DNA from: Trueperaceae bacterium
Lineage (GTDB): Bacteria > Deinococcota > Deinococci > Deinococcales > Trueperaceae
Reading direction: 5' to 3'
DNA length: 64,000 nucleotides
Assembly: GCA_034520945.1 (NCBI GenBank)
Contig: JAXHNB010000006.1
Span: 384,001-448,000 of the forward strand
Part shown: positions 59,999 through 64,000 of the stretch, piece by piece
How positions within the stretch are numbered: the first letter of the stretch is position 1
How the letters are laid out: every line of letters begins with the position of its first letter
Notes under the pieces: model-generated
Database searches by the model: none
The model's input: only the letters and a program-made list of their open reading frames with translations
Told to the model about the DNA's origin: nothing
Program-made: the position numbers and the translations under genes

Positions 59999-62905
59999 TC
60001 AGCACAACGTCCAGATGAAGATCGTGCGGGTCGCGCTGGACGGGTTGCCGTCCGTGTCGGTGGCGGTCAGCCGCACTAGGTGTTCGACGCCGGTACAGGT
60101 GTCCGAGTACAGGCGGGCGGTGATCGACCCGCCGGCGCCCAGGTCGACGTCCTGAAGGTCGGAGCGGTCGGTGGTCCAGCGGAGCGCGCCGCCCGTCAGA
60201 TCGCCGTCTTCGGGGTCGGTCGCCTCGCCCGCGAGGGCCACGTCCGTGTACCACTGGCCGCGTTCCTCGTCGAAGCCGTCGTATTGGTAGTCGAGGTCGT
60301 TTGGACCGTCCGACTCCTCGGCCGGTTCGGTGATCTTTACCTCCGGCGCGGCCCCGATCGGCTCCGTGCTGCACGCCGGCTCCCAGTAGACGTCGCCGCC
60401 CAGGGTCGGGGTGATGGTGTCCAGCGCGCTGGCGAGGGGCTGGCCGCTCGTGTCCTCCGCGAAGGCGCGCACGTCGTACGCCGGGCCGGCCTGCACGGTG
60501 TAGACCCGGTCGGGCTCGCTGCTGGTGTGCGTGCGGGTCCCGAGCGTGGCGGTCTCGCCCGATTCGCGAAGGGTGGTCCGTACCGAGACGGCCCCCTCGG
60601 CCTCGTCGAGGCAGCGCGTGGCGCGGACGTGGATGTCGCTTGAGTCGATGAGACCCGGCAAGGCGTCCGCGCCGTAGTGGGCGTCGTCGAAGCGGCTCTG
60701 CAGCACCTCCAGGTCGGTCATGTTCGCACCGTACTGCCCCGGCACCAGGGCGGTCGCGCCGCGGGACAGATCTCCGTCGCCGTTGAAGTCGCCCAGGGGG
60801 TAGAGGTTCTCGTCGCCGGGACCGTCCACCTCGCCGTCGAGGTTGACGTCCTTCTTGGGATGATCGGCCGAGCCGTCGAGGTCCAGCCCGGGGTCGTCCT
60901 CGACCTGTAGGAGCAGGTCCCGCCAGCGTCGGAAGTCGGGCATGCTCACGTTGCCGTCGCCGACGCCGCCATCGCCGTCGGCGTCCGTGCCCGTGAAGTC
61001 GTCACTGGTGCCGAACGCGATGCGCATGTTGCCGTCCGCGGTCCCGTCATCGATGTCCAGCAGCTGGTCGACGACGTCGGGGAAGCCTCGGTACGCGTCC
61101 AGCTCGAGGGCCGCGGCGAAGGCGTCGATGCGATCGCTGGCGCCTCCCGCCACGGGAAGGGCGCTGTCCTGCAGGATGTCGCGGAGCGCGTTGGCGCTCA
61201 GGTCGGGGCGCGGCAGGCCGGGGTCGAGGCTGTACAGGTAGCTCACCAGCCCCGTCACGTGCGGTGCGGCCATCGAGGTGCCGCTCTTGTCGTCGTAGCC
61301 GTCGGACAGTACGGTCGACACGATGTCGCTGCCGGGCGCCGAGATGTGCCCGTTCACGTTGGAGAAGCCCGAGCGGGTCGCGCCCCCGGGGCTGGCGGGC
61401 GCATCCGCGAGGGACTCGACCACGATGATGTTGGCGATGCCGTGTTCGAGGGCGGCATTGGCGAAGGGACTGCTGTACCTGGCCTCCTGCGTGGGGCCGG
61501 TGCCGGGAGGCAGGCTGGGGTGGCCGGAGTCGTTGCCGGCGGCCGCGACCACCACGGGCAGCTCGCCCCCCGTCGCGACGCGGATCAGCTCGGCCAAGCC
61601 GAACAAGGCGCCGTGCCGGTTGGCGATGCGTTGGGCCGCCGTGTTGGTGTCGGCATCGATGCCGGCGTTGGGGGCCCAGTTGTACCCCAGGCTGATGTTG
61701 ACCACCCGGACCTCGGGGTGGTCGGCGAGAAGGTTCCCGAAACTGGTGATCATCACCTGGCCGGCGCTCCGGAACCAGTTGCCGCCGCTGCTGATGGCGC
61801 CGACGGCCCGCACGTGCAGCTCCGCGAAGGGCGTGACGCCGTCCACCCCTTCGCCGTCGTCGAAGTCCGCGCCGATCGTGCCCGTGACGTGGGTGCCGTG
61901 CGAGCGGGCGGTCGAGGAGGCGATGCTCTCGTAGGCGAGGTCGTCGTGGCTGGCGGCGAAGCCCGTATCCAGCACGCCGGTGGGGGTGGTCGCGCCGTTC
62001 TTCTCCACCGCGCCGTTCAGGTTCCATGTCTGGGGCGCGCGGATGCGTTCCAGCCCCCAATTGCCACCGTTCGGGGTGGCGTCCCACGTCCAGGTGGAGG
62101 GGATCCCCCCGTTGGGGCCGGGGATCATCTGCGTCTCGATGCCGTCCTCGTTCGGGACGGATTCGGGCAGAAGCACGTCCTGCACCACGATGTCGACGTG
62201 CGCGTTCGCGTCGAGCGACGCGATCATCGTGATCAGCTCTTCGTGCGTGTCGGTGGGGACGCGCAGCACCAGGATCCCAGACGCCTCGCCGGTGACGCCG
62301 GGCACGCCGCCGACGATCTCGGCGTCGATGTCGGCCAGCACCGCGTTCGCCTCCGCGACGGTCGTGTCCAGCGTGAAGGCCAGCAGAAGCGTGTCGTGCG
62401 ACACCAGCATGCCGCCGAGTTCCGGGTGGTCGTCGCTGTAGTCTTCGATGCTCGGTTCGAAGTCGATCTGGGGGATGGCTTCGGTGGCCGGATCGTCCGG
62501 ATCGCCCGCCAGTTCGTCGGCGGCTTGGGGCCCGACGGTCACCTGCTCGGCGCCGTCCACCCCGTCGCTGGAGGCGATGAGTGTGACGTCGCCCGTCGTG
62601 CCCGACACGGTCGCGGCCACGGTGCCGGTGCCGCTGACGAGTTCGACGCTGGGCGGCGAGATCGTCCCGTCCGAAACGGTGAGGTCGACCGTACCGCTGA
62701 AGGCCGTGAACGGCGTGGTTCCGCTGCTGCCGACCGCCTTGACGGTGAGGCCGAACGACTGCTCGCCCTGCACGGTCGCCGGCAACGTCAGGCGAAACGA
62801 CGCGAGGCTCTCGCCGTTCTGCCCTCCGTTGCACGCCACCGTCGTCAGGGCGAGGACGAGAAAGCCTGAGATCCACGCAAAGGGTGTTGTGCCGTACCTA
62901 TTCAC
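59999..62905 (-). CDS. S8 subtilisin-like serine protease lipoprotein, multidomain
   Basis: VLDTG, HGTHVTG, AAAGN and GTSMAAPHV motifs; TVAC lipobox; GGAGG before GTG 62905. Confidence 0.9.
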   Translation of the reverse strand: MNRYGTTPFAWISGFLVLALTTVACNGGQNGESLASFRLTLPATVQGEQSFGLTVKAVGSSGTTPFTAFSGTVDLTVSDGTISPPSVELVSGTGTVAATVSGTTGDVTLIASSDGVDGAEQVTVGPQAADELAGDPDDPATEAIPQIDFEPSIEDYSDDHPELGGMLVSHDTLLLAFTLDTTVAEANAVLADIDAEIVGGVPGVTGEASGILVLRVPTDTHEELITMIASLDANAHVDIVVQDVLLPESVPNEDGIETQMIPGPNGGIPSTWTWDATPNGGNWGLERIRAPQTWNLNGAVEKNGATTPTGVLDTGFAASHDDLAYESIASSTARSHGTHVTGTIGADFDDGEGVDGVTPFAELHVRAVGAISSGGNWFRSAGQVMITSFGNLLADHPEVRVVNISLGYNWAPNAGIDADTNTAAQRIANRHGALFGLAELIRVATGGELPVVVAAAGNDSGHPSLPPGTGPTQEARYSSPFANAALEHGIANIIVVESLADAPASPGGATRSGFSNVNGHISAPGSDIVSTVLSDGYDDKSGTSMAAPHVTGLVSYLYSLDPGLPRPDLSANALRDILQDSALPVAGGASDRIDAFAAALELDAYRGFPDVVDQLLDIDDGTADGNMRIAFGTSDDFTGTDADGDGGVGDGNVSMPDFRRWRDLLLQVEDDPGLDLDGSADHPKKDVNLDGEVDGPGDENLYPLGDFNGDGDLSRGATALVPGQYGANMTDLEVLQSRFDDAHYGADALPGLIDSSDIHVRATRCLDEAEGAVSVRTTLRESGETATLGTRTHTSSEPDRVYTVQAGPAYDVRAFAEDTSGQPLASALDTITPTLGGDVYWEPACSTEPIGAAPEVKITEPAEESDGPNDLDYQYDGFDEERGQWYTDVALAGEATDPEDGDLTGGALRWTTDRSDLQDVDLGAGGSITARLYSDTCTGVEHLVRLTATDTDGNPSSATRTIFIWTLC

Positions 62906-63218
62906 GGGTCGAACCTCCAAGGGGCGAAGCCAGAACGCGTCGAGGACACCGTGCGTGAAGCTGCACCTCCTCTCCATCTCCGGGCCGGACGCGGGCGAGA
63001 CGTGCGGCGCGCATTGGCGCATGCATAGGGCGCCCCTCCCGTACGAGCCGGCATGCTCGAGAATAGGCGTCGTCACCCCCGCGCGCAAGCTTCGAGCACG
63101 CCGCCCGCGCCCGAACACGCACGGTCGCTCAGCCCGTGATAGAACCTCCCGTCGGCCCGGAGTCGTGGACCGCTGGCCCGCGACCCTCCGGGCGCCGACC
63201 CGAACCGAGGAGGGACGC

Positions 63219-64000
63219 ATGGATCCGGACCGTCGCGACGCAGCGCAGAAGAGGCCATGGGCGCACGCGCGGCTGGGCGCGCACGGGGTGCATCAGGCAC
63301 GCCGGGCGCGCCGTGGCGCCGCGAACCTGATCCGCCACGAAGCCGTCAACGCCGCCTTGTTGACGCTCGGGGCGATGTTGGCGGCGGTCGGCTTCAACCT
63401 GTTCCTGGTCCCGGGCGACCTGGCGCCGGGCGGCGTGAGTGGACTCACCCTGGTGGTCAAGCAGCTGGTCGCGCTCCCCGTGCCCAACGGCGTGCTGATG
63501 ATGATCCTGAACGTGCCGTTGCTGTACCTCGGCTACCGAACCCTCGGCGGCACGACCTTCGTGGTGCGGACCGTGTACGTCGTGGTGGTGATGACGGTCT
63601 CGATCGACGTGACGGCGCCGATGCTTCCCGCCGGCGGCATCACCGAGGACGGGCTCCTCAACGCCCTGTACGGGGGTGGGCTCATGGGGGCAGCCAACGC
63701 GATGATCATCCGCGCGTTCGGCAACATGGGCGGGACCGGCATCGTGGCGCGCCTCATCCAACGTTTCAACGGCGTGCCGATCGGACAGATCTACCTCCTC
63801 AGCGACGGGGCGATCGTGGTCCTGCTGGGGGCGGTGTTCGGCTGGGAGCACGCCCTGTACTCCATGGTGGCGGTGTTCGTGGCCGGCATGGTGACCGACT
63901 ACGGCATCGAAGGGCCCTCGATCGTACGGACGGTGTTCATCGTCACCGACCACCCCAACGAGGTGGCCGAGGCGTTGCAGGTTCGGCTGCGCACCGGCGT
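63219..64000 (+). CDS. YitT family membrane protein (runs off window)
   Basis: Manual translation: FNLFLVPGDLAPGGVSGL...LNVPLL...GNMGGT. Confidence 0.85.
   Translation, partial: MDPDRRDAAQKRPWAHARLGAHGVHQARRARRGAANLIRHEAVNAALLTLGAMLAAVGFNLFLVPGDLAPGGVSGLTLVVKQLVALPVPNGVLMMILNVPLLYLGYRTLGGTTFVVRTVYVVVVMTVSIDVTAPMLPAGGITEDGLLNALYGGGLMGAANAMIIRAFGNMGGTGIVARLIQRFNGVPIGQIYLLSDGAIVVLLGAVFGWEHALYSMVAVFVAGMVTDYGIEGPSIVRTVFIVTDHPNEVAEALQVRLRTG

Overview
GC-rich bacterial DNA. It is plausibly Deinococcota (Trueperaceae-like), inferred from TANNNT boxes just before start codons and the general gene content; this is not proven. The centre of the window is an integration hotspot at tRNA-Lys(CTT) (41025-41100, - strand). 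Three extra copies of the tRNA 3' half (31071, 27261, 14975) delimit tandem islands, and three tyrosine-integrase relics lie next to the tRNA or its copies. The islands hold an IS4 with a target duplication, an IS30, an IS21-type end, an IS1182 interrupted by a RIT-like element, two PD-(D/E)XK genes, a Panacea TA pair and SNF2/SWIM genes. They also hold an IS110/IS1111 element inserted into a perfect 32-bp-stem hairpin; its 3' non-coding region carries target- and donor-matching segments (candidate bridge/seekRNA). Seven TA modules and many gene relics occur between 3 and 42 kb. A recurring feature is accessory modules bracketed by diverged duplicates of host gene ends (hydrolase 3' end, AKR 3' end three times, sppA 5' end, acidic-protein tail). 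Two integrase genes are both cut at the catalytic R-H codons and joined through a 20-bp palindrome. The ends of the window look like core genome: zwf and GH63 on the left; sppA, an ars-like operon, a GGDEF/EAL gene, rdgB-rph, an S8 protease and YitT on the right. All calls come from motif recognition and manual alignment; no database searches were run.
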